Shown here: positions 20,076 through 30,086 of the stretch, in pieces | Position numbering within the stretch: position 1 is the stretch's first letter | Layout: each line of letters starts with the position of its first letter | Assembly (NCBI GenBank): GCA_013388845.1 | Contig: JACAEN010000011.1 | Location: 45,686 to 109,685, forward strand | Length of the DNA stretch: 64,000 bases | DNA from: Chloroflexota bacterium | GTDB lineage: Bacteria; Chloroflexota; Dehalococcoidia; GIF9; AB-539-J10 | Reading direction: 5' to 3' | The notes under the pieces: model-generated | What the model saw: only the letters and a program-made list of their open reading frames with translations | Databases searched by the model: none | Told to the model about the DNA's origin: nothing | Made by a program: the position numbers and the translations under genes

Positions 20076-20465
20076 TTAGTCAAAGGGTAAATCTTCAGGC
20101 TCGAGCTCCCCTTCCTCAGCTACCGACACCGGGGTTCGCTTGCCAAGGAAAAGTACGCGCTCCGCAGTCACCTCAAGGCTGGTGCGCGTCTGCCCGTCCT
20201 GTCCTTCCCAATTGCGGGCGTGCAATCTTCCTTCAACGTAAACTTGCCTCCCCTTGCTCAAGAATTGATTGCATTGCTCAGCTTGCTTGCCCCAAACGCT
20301 AACTCGAAACCAGTCCGTCTCTTCCTTGGTCTCTCCGGCCGAAGTGGTATAGCGACGAGTAGTAGCCATACGAAAAGAGGTAACTGCCTTCCCGTTGGGC
20401 GTGTACCTCATCTCCGGGTCGGAACCTAGATTGCCAACAAGTATTACTTTGCTTAGGCTTGCCAT
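20076..20465 (-). CDS. ssb: single-stranded DNA-binding protein
   Basis: VILVGNLGSDPEMRYTP, VYVEGRL and acidic DLPF tail. Confidence 0.97.
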   Translation of the reverse strand: MASLSKVILVGNLGSDPEMRYTPNGKAVTSFRMATTRRYTTSAGETKEETDWFRVSVWGKQAEQCNQFLSKGRQVYVEGRLHARNWEGQDGQTRTSLEVTAERVLFLGKRTPVSVAEEGELEPEDLPFD

Positions 20466-20466
20466 G

Positions 20467-20754
20467 TCAATCCTCCACTTTTACCACAAGATATCGCAGA
20501 ATATTCTCGAAAGCACGGACTTCTGATTCAAGCTCCTTAACCGATTTTGGCATTAACTTAAAGCGAGCTAGAATATAATCAGCCTCCATAAATTTCTTTA
20601 TAGGGTAAGCGAGCTTTCTTCTTCCCCAATTTGTTATCTCCTCCACCGCTCCACCGCGGCTATTAATGGACCGGGTCACCTTGTCTACAATTTTGGACAC
20701 TCCCTCTTCATCAATTTCAGGGCTGATTATAGCTACCATCTCGTAATCATGCAT
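20467..20754 (-). CDS. rpsF: 30S ribosomal protein S6
   Basis: YEMVAI, WGRRKLAYPIKK and ILRYLVVK motifs. Confidence 0.96.
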   Translation of the reverse strand: MHDYEMVAIISPEIDEEGVSKIVDKVTRSINSRGGAVEEITNWGRRKLAYPIKKFMEADYILARFKLMPKSVKELESEVRAFENILRYLVVKVED

Positions 20755-20865
20755 GTCTAAAATTTTATATCACAGGGAATAAAATGGCAACAAGACCTAT
20801 GTTTTAACTACCTATTACGTCTACTAGCTAGAATGTTAAATAGGGCCAGTGTTATAATTCCGCCA

Positions 20866-21870
20866 ATGAAAGTATCTGAGTTGGGAGAATTTGGGCTAAT
20901 TGACCTTATACGAGATATTGTGGCTAAATCCCAAAATCTGGAACGTGCTTCTTGGCAGAAAACTCTGGTGGGAATTGGCGATGATGCCGCCGCTTGGCAA
21001 AGTAATGGGCACATTGAATTGGCTACTACGGACACTCTGGTTCAAAATATACACTTCGACTTGAGGCTGACACGCTGGGAGGAATTGGGCTGGAAAGCAC
21101 TCGCTGTAAACTTAAGCGACATAGCTGCTATGGGTGGTATTCCCAGCTATGCTTTGCTTTCCTTGTCGCTGCCTGGCGAACTCGAAGTTGAAGATATGTC
21201 CAAATTCATTAACAGCATGGTGCATTTGGCTGGGGAATTTGGCGTAGCTATAGTTGGAGGTAATGTAGCAGCCGCTCCTAATGTCGTAATCACAGTAACA
21301 GTAATTGGTTACTCCAAAGGCAAAGCATTACTTAAGAGGTCAACAGCTTCCCCTGGTGAGCAAATAGCCGTCACAGGATACCTGGGATTGTCCGCAGCCG
21401 GCTTGGAGATGCTCCAGGGAAAGATCATCTCAGAACCCGAAACAAACAATATCCTGAGGCAAGCTCACCTTAAGCCTATGCCGCGGGTAAAGGAAGGACA
21501 AATTCTGGTAGAGCAAGGGGTTAAAACTGCCATAGATATAAGCGATGGGCTTGTTGCCGACCTTAGCCATATATGTGAATCCAGCAAAGTCAATGCTAGG
21601 ATAAAGATCGAGAAAGTGCCAGTGCACCCTGTAGTTATAGCCAATTTCCCGAACCATAAAGAGCTGGCTTTATATGGTGGAGAGGATTATGAGCTTCTTT
21701 TTACCGCTGATGAAACCATTATTGCGCGGGTTAAGCAAGCTCTAAACTGCCCAGTGACTGTAATCGGTGACATAACAAAAGAACAGCTGCCAACACGTGT
21801 GACTGTAGTGGACAGTAAGGGAAATAGCATCCCTTATCGAAAGGGGGGCTGGGAACACTTTAAGAATTAA
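20866..21870 (+). CDS. thiL: thiamine-phosphate kinase
   Basis: GEFGLI, GIGDDAA, NLSDIAAMGG, IDISDGL, GGEDYELLF and GWEHF motifs; start at ATG 20866. Confidence 0.95.
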   Translation: MKVSELGEFGLIDLIRDIVAKSQNLERASWQKTLVGIGDDAAAWQSNGHIELATTDTLVQNIHFDLRLTRWEELGWKALAVNLSDIAAMGGIPSYALLSLSLPGELEVEDMSKFINSMVHLAGEFGVAIVGGNVAAAPNVVITVTVIGYSKGKALLKRSTASPGEQIAVTGYLGLSAAGLEMLQGKIISEPETNNILRQAHLKPMPRVKEGQILVEQGVKTAIDISDGLVADLSHICESSKVNARIKIEKVPVHPVVIANFPNHKELALYGGEDYELLFTADETIIARVKQALNCPVTVIGDITKEQLPTRVTVVDSKGNSIPYRKGGWEHFKN

Positions 21871-21872
21871 GA

Positions 21873-22358
21873 ATGCAGTCTTTCAAGTTAAAATCGCATA
21901 GTCCTGAACAAACTCAGCTTTTGGGAAGATACTTGGGGGAACTTGCTCAAAAGGCTGATATTTTTCTTCTCGTAGGCGAGTTGGGAACAGGCAAAACTTG
22001 TCTTGTCCAGGGCATCGCTCGCGGGCTGGATGTCACGGAATATGCCTTCAGTCCTTCTTTCGTTATCCTTAGAGAATATCATGGCCGACTTCCTTTGTAC
22101 CACATCGATTTCTATCGCCTGGATCATATCGAGGAAATTGCTGACCTGGGGCTGGAGGAGTATTTTTACGGCGACGGGGTTTGTGTGGTTGAATGGGCAG
22201 ATAAGGGGCTGCAAGTAGCCCCTCGTGATAATTTGCTTATCACCATACAGTATATTCCTGCCTCGGAGACAGGACGGTCTATTTGCCTAAAACCTCAAGG
22301 CAAGCGCTATTATGAACTAATAGAACAGCTCCAAAAAAAGAAGGATTTGTGGCTTTGA
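21873..22358 (+). CDS. tsaE: tRNA threonylcarbamoyladenosine biosynthesis ATPase TsaE
   Basis: GELGTGKT, SPSF, HIDFYRL and VEWA motifs. Confidence 0.95.
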   Translation: MQSFKLKSHSPEQTQLLGRYLGELAQKADIFLLVGELGTGKTCLVQGIARGLDVTEYAFSPSFVILREYHGRLPLYHIDFYRLDHIEEIADLGLEEYFYGDGVCVVEWADKGLQVAPRDNLLITIQYIPASETGRSICLKPQGKRYYELIEQLQKKKDLWL

Positions 22359-22469
22359 ATGCGAAATGCTAGACCTCTTGACTTTTGCCCTGTTGTTTTG
22401 CAGTTTTATTTTTCTCTTTTGCATTTCCAAGGGATTTGTCTGGGGTTTAGAAACTAGCGTCTCTTTGAT

Positions 22470-23189
22470 ATGGAATTAGCTATAGATACTTCATCCAATA
22501 TTGTCAGCGTTGCCTTGTCTCGTAAAGGTAAGATATTAGCTTCGCTAACCTGGCAAACGACACAAAATCATACAGTAGAGCTGTTGCCGAATTTGGTTTT
22601 CTTGTTACAAAAAGCTAAGGTGGGTCTAGACTCTATAGAAGCGATCATAGTAGCTAAAGGTCCGGGAAGCTTTAATGGACTTCGAGTGGGCATAAGCACT
22701 GCCAAAGGACTAGCTTCTGCTTTGAATATCCCTTTGCTTGGTATAAGCACGCTGGAGGCTGAAGCCTACCTCTTTGCCTTTACTGGATTGCCCCTCCGTC
22801 CCATTCACAAGGCTGGTCGCGAAGAAATAGCCACCGCTCTTTACCGTCAAAAAGATGATGAATGGCAATGTCTGGAGGCGGAAAACTTGACCACAGTCAA
22901 AACTCTGTGCCGTCGAACTAAGCAAAAAACGCTTTTCTGTGGCGAAATCCCTCCTGACATAATAAGCGAAATACAGCAAAAGCTGGGCAAGCGAGCTATA
23001 ATTTCCCAGAATAGTAGGCCATGTCGAGCCAATTCCTTGGCTATATTAGGTTGGCGAGAATTGAGCAAAGGGGAACGAGATGACCCAGCCGCCCTACAGC
23101 CAGTATACCTTCGCCCCCCTCATATAACCAAGCCCAAGGATAAAATACCTCCTTTGTCATTCAGAGTGGAGCAAGGGAATCTAAACTGA
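22470..23189 (+). CDS. tsaB: tRNA threonylcarbamoyladenosine biosynthesis protein TsaB
   Basis: LAIDTS, GPGSFNGLRVG and PVYLR motifs. Confidence 0.93.
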   Translation: MELAIDTSSNIVSVALSRKGKILASLTWQTTQNHTVELLPNLVFLLQKAKVGLDSIEAIIVAKGPGSFNGLRVGISTAKGLASALNIPLLGISTLEAEAYLFAFTGLPLRPIHKAGREEIATALYRQKDDEWQCLEAENLTTVKTLCRRTKQKTLFCGEIPPDIISEIQQKLGKRAIISQNSRPCRANSLAILGWRELSKGERDDPAALQPVYLRPPHITKPKDKIPPLSFRVEQGNLN

Positions 23190-23233
23190 CCCAAGAACAT
23201 CTTGCGATTTTCTTGGAAACCCAGTTAAGATTT
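23190..23233 (-). repeat. palindromic repeat family B, copy 2
   Basis: Reverse complement reads AAATCTTAACTGGGTTTCCAAGAAAATCGCAAGATGTTCTTGGG. Confidence 0.7.
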
Positions 23234-23292
23234 AGAGCAAATTTAGCAGAGTCGCTCAAAAGTCTTACAGGCTTTTTGGGGTAGTTTAGGAA

Positions 23293-24354
23293 ATGGAGAT
23301 TCCCAGATCAGACGCTGAGTGCACAGCAAGGCTTTGTTTTGCCTGTAGCCAGGAGAACCCTATAGGGCTGAAGTTGAAACCTGTTCACGATGGGGAAAAA
23401 GTCACCGCAATGTTCACTGCCGGGGAGTTTCATCAAGGCTGGAATGGTGTTGTCCATGGTGGTATCCTCTATACCCTCCTCGATGAAGTAAATGCCTATG
23501 CTATGCTTTGCCACGGGATTGAGTTTGGCGTTACTGCCAAGAGCGAGATAAGGTTTAAACAGATAGCACCCATCAACGAGCCAATCCAAGCCTCTGCCTG
23601 GGTCACTAAACTGACAAAACGGTTAGTGGAAACTAAGGGAGTGCTTACCCTCAGGGACAATACAGTCATACTCGATGGCGATTTCTTATTCTACGTCTGG
23701 AGGCAGTCCAAGAAGGCAATCCTCTGGGACATGGATGGAGTTATTGCCGATTCCGGCTCCTTGCATTTTGCTGCCTGGCAAGAGACTTTTGCTAAACGGG
23801 GGGTAAAATTCACTCAAGAGGATTTTACCAGGCTCTTTGGCACTAGAAATGACTTCATAATTGGCAGCATTATGGGCAAGGAACTCCCTGAGGAAGATGT
23901 CAAGATCATGGTGCAGGAAAAAGAAGAAAATTTTCGATGGAAGGCAACAGGAAGCATCAAGCCATTTCCTGGGGTGGTAAGGCTGCTGAATGCTATAAAG
24001 AAAGGGAATTTCAAAGTAGTCTTGGTTTCCTCAGCGCCCAAGGAGAATATCGACTTGGTTCTTAGAGAGCTTAGTTTGGAAGGGATTTTTGATTGTATTG
24101 TGTTTGGTCAGGAAGTATCCGAAAGCAAACCCAGTCCCCAGATATATCTTTTAGCTGCCCAGAAATTGGGAGTGACACCTAACGATTGCCTGGTAGTTGA
24201 AGATTCTCCCCTGGGAGTCAAAGCAGCCAAAATTGCGGGGATGAAATGCTTGGCTATAACTAATACACACCCTCGACAAGAGCTCCAGGAGGCTGATAAA
24301 GTAGTTGACTCTTTAGGGAATGTGGATTTGATCACCTTGCTCACGAGGGTTTAG
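23293..24354 (+). CDS. PaaI-type hotdog thioesterase fused to a HAD (beta-PGM-like) phosphatase
   Basis: N-terminal CFACSQENPIGL...HQG...VHGG..LLDE; C-terminal WDMDGVIADS, VSS, KPSP and VEDS..GVKAA. Confidence 0.88.
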   Translation: MEIPRSDAECTARLCFACSQENPIGLKLKPVHDGEKVTAMFTAGEFHQGWNGVVHGGILYTLLDEVNAYAMLCHGIEFGVTAKSEIRFKQIAPINEPIQASAWVTKLTKRLVETKGVLTLRDNTVILDGDFLFYVWRQSKKAILWDMDGVIADSGSLHFAAWQETFAKRGVKFTQEDFTRLFGTRNDFIIGSIMGKELPEEDVKIMVQEKEENFRWKATGSIKPFPGVVRLLNAIKKGNFKVVLVSSAPKENIDLVLRELSLEGIFDCIVFGQEVSESKPSPQIYLLAAQKLGVTPNDCLVVEDSPLGVKAAKIAGMKCLAITNTHPRQELQEADKVVDSLGNVDLITLLTRV

Positions 24355-24390
24355 AAAGGAGCTAGGATAAGGAAGAAGGAGATTAAAATC

Positions 24391-24837
24391 ATGGAGAGAA
24401 GTTTAGTCCTTATCAAACCTGATGCTATACAACGGGGATTGGCCGGGGAAATCATTTCTCGCTTGGAAAAGAAGGGGCTTACAATTGTAGCTATGAAGAT
24501 GTTGTATATGGATAAGAATTTGGCCCAACGTCACTATGCCATTCATAAAGGAAAGGCTTTCTTTAATGATTTGGTGAGTTTTATTACTTCTAGCCCGGTC
24601 ATTGCCATTGTCTTCCAGGGTAAAAATGCTGTGGAAATGATAAGACGAATGATGGGAGAAACTGACCCGGCCAGGGCGCAGCCTGGCAGCATTCGAGGCG
24701 ACTTGGGCATTGATATTGGACATAATCTAATACATGGCTCTGATTCTATAGAAAATGCCTCGAAGGAAATAGACTTATTTTTCTCGAAAGAGGAAATCTT
24801 CAGCTATGACCGGGAGCTTGACAGATGGATTTATTGA
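24391..24837 (+). CDS. ndk: nucleoside diphosphate kinase
   Basis: LIKPDA, PGSIRGD and NLIHGSDS motifs. Confidence 0.97.
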   Translation: MERSLVLIKPDAIQRGLAGEIISRLEKKGLTIVAMKMLYMDKNLAQRHYAIHKGKAFFNDLVSFITSSPVIAIVFQGKNAVEMIRRMMGETDPARAQPGSIRGDLGIDIGHNLIHGSDSIENASKEIDLFFSKEEIFSYDRELDRWIY

Positions 24838-25175
24838 ATTCTGATTACCGGGATCGCCTTGTCCCATAGTTTATCCAGTTGATAATAATCCCGCTGTAAC
24901 GGGGCAAATATGTGAACAATAACCGAACCAAAATCAGCAAGCAGCCAACCTGAATCGGGAGTCCCTTCATTGTGATGAGGTACAATGCCTTTGGTTCTCA
25001 ACACCTCATCGATGCCCTGCCAGATAGCTTCAATATGCCGTTTGGTATCTCCTGTGCAGATGACAAAGTAATCCGCGAAAGAGCACAAGGCTCTCACATC
25101 CAGCATAGCGATATCCCTGGCTTGCTTCTCAGAAGCAAGTTCGGTAGCCAGGCGTGCTATTCCCTCCGCTTCCAG
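24831..25175 (-). CDS. rsfS: ribosome silencing factor RsfS
   Basis: DYFVICTG, WLLADFGSVIVHIF and RDYYQLDKLW motifs; start uncertain (CTG 25175 after GGAGG preferred over ATG 25244). Confidence 0.92.
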   Translation of the reverse strand: MEAEGIARLATELASEKQARDIAMLDVRALCSFADYFVICTGDTKRHIEAIWQGIDEVLRTKGIVPHHNEGTPDSGWLLADFGSVIVHIFAPLQRDYYQLDKLWDKAIPVIRIQ

Positions 25176-25368
25176 AAAGACACTAACCTCCTTTGATAAA
25201 ATTATATCACTTATGGCAATATTTGACCAAGACCATCTTATCATTATAATTTTGAATACAGTGCACCGTGCATTAGGACTTTACCTCCATACTAGTCTGC
25301 CTGCAAATCTGAGAACGAAATTTTTCAATTTGCAATACATCTGCTATAATTAAAATGAGGGTAAGGAT

Positions 25369-27198
25369 ATGCAAACAAAATGGTGGCGTAGCGGGTTTTT
25401 CTACCTAGTGCTTCTAGGAGTGATAGTGGGTCTGGTGCTCGTCTCCATGCCTCGTGAAGGGCCTAAGTACATAGATAAAATTGGGCTCTTTATCGAGAAG
25501 GTCAAGGATCCGAATGAACAGATTGATACCATCCAGCAAGATGGTGATACCCTCATTGCCTTAGAAGATGGCAAAGCTAAGTACAAAACTGGCTTCACCG
25601 GTAGTACTCTCGAGTTGCAGCAACTGCTTAAAAATGAGGGAGTAGACCCTGGTATCGTTGCTCCCATAATTAGTAGTGGTATTGATTGGGGGACGATAGG
25701 ACTAACAGTCATTCTACCCATTGTGCTACTCGGGGCATTATTCTACTTCTTATTCTTCCGTGCCGCCCGTGGTGCAGGAACTCAAGCCTTCAATTTCAGC
25801 AAAAGCCGTGCCCGCTTAACTCTGGACAAGAGGCCAGATGTAACTTTCGCTGATGTTGCTGGAGCTGATGAAGCTAAGGAAGAGGTTCAGGAAATAGTAG
25901 AATTCCTTAAGGCTCCTCAGAAATTCCAGGCACTGGGGGGGCGCATACCCCGAGGAGTGCTTTTAGTGGGGCCACCGGGAACGGGTAAGACTTTGCTGGC
26001 TAAGGCTATAGCTGGAGAAGCCAAAGTGCCTTTTTACTCCATCAGTGGGAGCGAATTTGTGGAGATGTTCGTGGGCGTCGGTGCTGCCAGGGTCAGAGAC
26101 CTGTTTGACCAAGCCAAGCGTAATGCACCATGCCTGATATTTATTGATGAAATTGATGCTGTAGGTCGACACCGTGGTGCTGGCATAGGTGGAGGGCATG
26201 ATGAGAGGGAGCAGACCTTGAATCAGATTCTGGCTGAGATGGATGGCTTCGATACCAATGCCAATGTCATCATCATGGCTGCCACCAATCGCCCCGACAT
26301 CCTTGACCCGGCTCTCCTTCGCCCTGGTCGATTTGACCGACATGTCGTCATTGACCTGCCTGACATAAAAGGTCGCAAGGCTATTCTGGAGGTGCATGCT
26401 AAGGGCAAGCCGCTGGCTAAGGAAGTTGACCTTGAAACATTAGCCAAGGAGACGCCGGGCTTCAGCGGCGCTGACCTTGCCAACCTAATCAATGAAGCAG
26501 CCATCCTAGCTGCGCGGCGCAATCGTAAGGATATTTCACTAAAGGAGCTCGAAGATGCTGCTGACCGCGTTCTAGCTGGACCGGAAAAGAAAAGCCGCAT
26601 AATAAGCCCTAAAGAAAAGGAAATAATTGCTTATCACGAAAGTGGCCATGCCTTGACTGCCAGGCTGTTGCCCAATGCCGACCCTGTGCATAAGATTTCT
26701 ATTGTCACCCGAGGGATACTGGGGGGCTGGACACGCTTTCTGCCAACCGAAGACCGTCATTTATGGACTAAGTCTCAGTTTGATGATAGATTGGCAGTGA
26801 GCTTGGGTGGGCGTGTTGCTGAGGAAATTACCTTCGGCGAAATGACGACCGGTGCCCAACATGATTTGGAGGAAGCAACCAAGTTAGCTAGAAAAATGGT
26901 CACCGAGTACGGCATGAGTGAAAAACTGGGCCCGAGAACATTTGGTCAAAGACAGGAGCTCGTCTTTTTGGGTCGCGAGATCAGTGAACAAAGAGACTAC
27001 AGCGACAAGATAGCTCAAGAAATCGATGAGGAAGTGCATAATATTATCCAGCGGGCTTACGATACCGCCAAGAAGATTCTGACCGAGAATAAAGCCAAAT
27101 TGAAGCAGCTAGCTGAAGAGCTTATAGCTCATGAAACTCTGGATGAATCTGAGCTCAATAAGATATTTGAAGGCTTAGCACCACAGCCAACCACCTAG
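25369..27198 (+). CDS. ftsH: ATP-dependent zinc metalloprotease FtsH
   Basis: Two TMs; [23 protein letters not shown] and HESGH motifs. Confidence 0.98.
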   Translation: MQTKWWRSGFFYLVLLGVIVGLVLVSMPREGPKYIDKIGLFIEKVKDPNEQIDTIQQDGDTLIALEDGKAKYKTGFTGSTLELQQLLKNEGVDPGIVAPIISSGIDWGTIGLTVILPIVLLGALFYFLFFRAARGAGTQAFNFSKSRARLTLDKRPDVTFADVAGADEAKEEVQEIVEFLKAPQKFQALGGRIPRGVLLVGPPGTGKTLLAKAIAGEAKVPFYSISGSEFVEMFVGVGAARVRDLFDQAKRNAPCLIFIDEIDAVGRHRGAGIGGGHDEREQTLNQILAEMDGFDTNANVIIMAATNRPDILDPALLRPGRFDRHVVIDLPDIKGRKAILEVHAKGKPLAKEVDLETLAKETPGFSGADLANLINEAAILAARRNRKDISLKELEDAADRVLAGPEKKSRIISPKEKEIIAYHESGHALTARLLPNADPVHKISIVTRGILGGWTRFLPTEDRHLWTKSQFDDRLAVSLGGRVAEEITFGEMTTGAQHDLEEATKLARKMVTEYGMSEKLGPRTFGQRQELVFLGREISEQRDYSDKIAQEIDEEVHNIIQRAYDTAKKILTENKAKLKQLAEELIAHETLDESELNKIFEGLAPQPTT

Positions 27199-27262
27199 TT
27201 AAGTCAAAACGCAAAGGTCAGAATTACAAATTAACAATCAGTTTTTCCCCTTTGATTTTGTT

Positions 27263-28924
27263 TCAGGGAGCTAGGCGGCTACTTTCTTTAGCGACGATAT
27301 CCTCATCTAACTTGACAAATAGCGGTTGAGGCTGGCGCAGTCTCTGCCCCGGAGGCAGAAACTGAACTTTCCAGCCTGCTTCTTTCAAACTACCATCAAA
27401 TCCAAGGAAGGAGTGAAGCCTTTCAGAACTGAAAGGAAGAAATGGATAGAAGATAGTTTTCAGTGCCGCCAGCACAGAAAGGATTGTGTAGGTGGGTTTA
27501 GTCGCCGTTTCTCGTTCGGTCTTGATTGTTTTCCAAGGAGCTTGTTCATCAAGATAACGATTAGCTTCTTGGGCTAGAGACATAGCCTCTTTAACTGCCT
27601 CTTTAAACTCACAGCGATAAAGCAAGTTATTCACAGCATCCAAAGTAGCTTGAGCCTTGTGAATTAGCCCCTGGCTGTGTTCATCCAGTTCACCGGGTGC
27701 AGGCACAGCTCCCTCGAAATTGCGATAAGCAAATGTGAGAATGCGATGAGCTAAATTGCCATAGGTCGCTACCAACTCATTATTATTACGACGAAGGAAT
27801 TCATGCCAGGAAAAATCGCTGTCCCCGCTCTCAGGCATATTCGCTGCCAAAGCATACCTCAGAGGGTCTGGTTCATAGCGTTCCAGGTAATCATGAAGCC
27901 AAATTGCCCAGCCACGGCTAGTGGAAAGTTTTTTGCCTTCGATAGTCAAAAATTCATTAGCGGGGACGTCATAGGGAAGATTCAGACCGTCGTAACCCAT
28001 CAACATCGCCGGCCAAATAAGGGTATGGAAAAAGATATTATCCTTGCCAATGAAATAGAAACTTCTGGCATCGCCCTCCCAGAAAGCTTTCCAGGCATCG
28101 TCATCCCCCTGTGATTTTGCCCATTCCTTGCTTGCCGATAAATAACCAATAACTGCCTCAAACCATACATAAATGCGTTTACGCTCGAAACCTGGCTGCG
28201 GCACAACTACTCCCCAATCCAAATCACGTGTAATAGCTCTGTCCTTTAATCCTTCTCCTAGGAATTTCCAGGTGGTGCTAAGCACATGCTCCCGCCAATG
28301 GGTTTGTTCTTTTATCCAGGCAGTCAACTTATCTTGGAAAGAAGAAAGGCGCAAAAAGAAATGCTCTGAAGACTCGAAGCGGGGTGCAGTGGAACAAAGG
28401 TAACAGTGAAGGTCCTTAAGCTCCCACGGATTCAAAGGCTTACCGCACTCATCACATTCATCACCTCTGGCTTTCGTGAAGCCACAGTGAGGACAAGTGC
28501 CTTGCAAGTAGCGGTCGGGAAGGAACCTTTGACACTTCGGGCAATAAGCTTGAAGCATCTTATCTTTGTAGATATAACCCCTGTCGAGCAGCGTCAGGAA
28601 TATGTCATGAACAACTTGACTGTGATTCGAAGTGCCGGTAGTGGTAAATAAATCGAAAGAGATGCCCAGTTTTTCCCAACAATCAACAAACTGCTTATGA
28701 TATTTGTCCACTACGTTTTGTGGCGTGGTAGATTCTTGTTCGGCACGAATTGTAATCGGCGCTCCGTGTTGGTCGCTACCAGAAACCATCAGCACCCTGT
28801 TACCTTTAAGACGGTGATAACGGGCAAAAATATCGGCTGGCAAATAAGCACCAGCGATATGTCCCAAGTGTAACGGGCCATTGGCATAAGGCCAAGCAAC
28901 ACCAATGAAAATGCGCTCGCTCAA
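27263..28924 (-). CDS. metG: methionine--tRNA ligase (short form, no C-terminal tRNA-binding domain)
   Basis: PYANGPLHLGH, Zn knuckles, YVWFEA, IGKDNIFFH and KLSTS motifs. Confidence 0.97.
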   Translation of the reverse strand: MSERIFIGVAWPYANGPLHLGHIAGAYLPADIFARYHRLKGNRVLMVSGSDQHGAPITIRAEQESTTPQNVVDKYHKQFVDCWEKLGISFDLFTTTGTSNHSQVVHDIFLTLLDRGYIYKDKMLQAYCPKCQRFLPDRYLQGTCPHCGFTKARGDECDECGKPLNPWELKDLHCYLCSTAPRFESSEHFFLRLSSFQDKLTAWIKEQTHWREHVLSTTWKFLGEGLKDRAITRDLDWGVVVPQPGFERKRIYVWFEAVIGYLSASKEWAKSQGDDDAWKAFWEGDARSFYFIGKDNIFFHTLIWPAMLMGYDGLNLPYDVPANEFLTIEGKKLSTSRGWAIWLHDYLERYEPDPLRYALAANMPESGDSDFSWHEFLRRNNNELVATYGNLAHRILTFAYRNFEGAVPAPGELDEHSQGLIHKAQATLDAVNNLLYRCEFKEAVKEAMSLAQEANRYLDEQAPWKTIKTERETATKPTYTILSVLAALKTIFYPFLPFSSERLHSFLGFDGSLKEAGWKVQFLPPGQRLRQPQPLFVKLDEDIVAKESSRLAP

Positions 28925-28970
28925 ATTCTTCCCCCGAAAGTCAGCTTATTGTAACTTATTAGTTGCCCCG

Positions 28971-29056
28971 TGTCATTGCTATGAGCCCAACGTTGTTTGT
29001 TAATTTCACTCTACGGAATTCTGGTTCATCCCGATTCATCGGGGCGAAGAATGACA
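28971..29056. repeat. palindromic repeat family A, degenerate copy
   Basis: TGTCATT...CCCGATTCATCGGGGCGAAGAATGACA. Confidence 0.6.
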
Positions 29057-29112
29057 AGAAAGGTTGCCAAACGGGTTTTAAGCTGAGGCTCTCAAGTGAC
29101 GATTGCCCTTGT

Positions 29113-29316
29113 TTATTCCTTAGGGAGAAAGGTGATTATTTCTTTCCCTTTTTCCGTTCCGTATGAGACATAACCGCGGCTCAGGCAGCAATCAATACAA
29201 AAACGTTGCTTTTCATCTCCCTCCCCGTTGATTACCAGATAGCGCTCTCCGTATTTAATAGGGCGGTGACAACCGTCACATTCTACTTTTCCTACAGCAA
29301 TACAACCACGGCGCAT
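29113..29316 (-). CDS. small CxxC...CxxC hypothetical protein
   Basis: CDGC...CIDCC; AGGAG RBS; starts immediately after the rsmI stop. Confidence 0.75.
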   Translation of the reverse strand: MRRGCIAVGKVECDGCHRPIKYGERYLVINGEGDEKQRFCIDCCLSRGYVSYGTEKGKEIITFLPKE

Positions 29317-29317
29317 T

Positions 29318-30010
29318 TTAGCTCCTTTCCTGAAATTTCAACCAAGCTCGAGTTTTACCCTCGATAACGAGGCTAAACTCCCCTCTTGGTTCGGTGAAAT
29401 GTTCTCTAGCCTGACTCACCCTTCCCCGGAAAACTTCTTCGTGAACCTTGGTTAACTCTCGACAAACAGATACTCTCCTATCCCCTAGAATTTCTTCAAT
29501 ATCACTCAACGCCTCCTTGAGACGATGAGGAGTTTCGAAAGCCACTATAGTCCTCGGTTCATCGAGTATCGAGGTGAGAAGGCGTTGCCTTTGCCCTTTA
29601 CGTCGGGGCAGAAAACCAACGTAAATGAATTGGTCGGTCGGTAATCCGGAAACCACTAAAGCAGTAATCACAGCTGAGGCTCCAGGAATAGGTACCACGG
29701 GAATTCCACGCTCAATGGTTGCAACAATAAGCTTGTAGCCAGGGTCACTGAGTCCCGGCATGCCAGCTTCCGAAACTAAAGCCAAGTCTTCTTTCTCGAG
29801 ATGGTCCAGTAAATAATCGAGTTTGGCCTTCTTACTATGTTCATGATAGCTGGTCACAGGAGTTTTTATATTGTAGGCATTGAGCAGGTGTCGTGTAGTC
29901 CGGGTATCTTCAGCGGCAATAAGTTTCACCTCTCGCAAGAGGCGCAGGGCACGCAGGGAAATATCCTCCAGATTGCCAATGGGAGTACCAATGACATAAA
30001 GAACCGGCAT
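29318..30010 (-). CDS. rsmI: 16S rRNA (cytidine1402-2'-O)-methyltransferase
   Basis: TPIGNLEDIS, AEDTR, SEAGMPGLSDPG, GFLP and RELTKVHEE motifs. Confidence 0.96.
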   Translation of the reverse strand: MPVLYVIGTPIGNLEDISLRALRLLREVKLIAAEDTRTTRHLLNAYNIKTPVTSYHEHSKKAKLDYLLDHLEKEDLALVSEAGMPGLSDPGYKLIVATIERGIPVVPIPGASAVITALVVSGLPTDQFIYVGFLPRRKGQRQRLLTSILDEPRTIVAFETPHRLKEALSDIEEILGDRRVSVCRELTKVHEEVFRGRVSQAREHFTEPRGEFSLVIEGKTRAWLKFQERS

Positions 30011-30086
30011 GGCTCAAAATTATACTCAATAGCCATCATTTTATCCACACAAGATTTTCTTGCCTTTGGAGCAATCAATAGCCCGC

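Noticed and set aside
30041-30049. Perfect DnaA box TTATCCACA upstream of rsmI (possible oriC, given rpmH-jag in the window)
   Set aside because: A single box with no cluster, no unwinding element and no dnaA; other matches fall inside CDSs.
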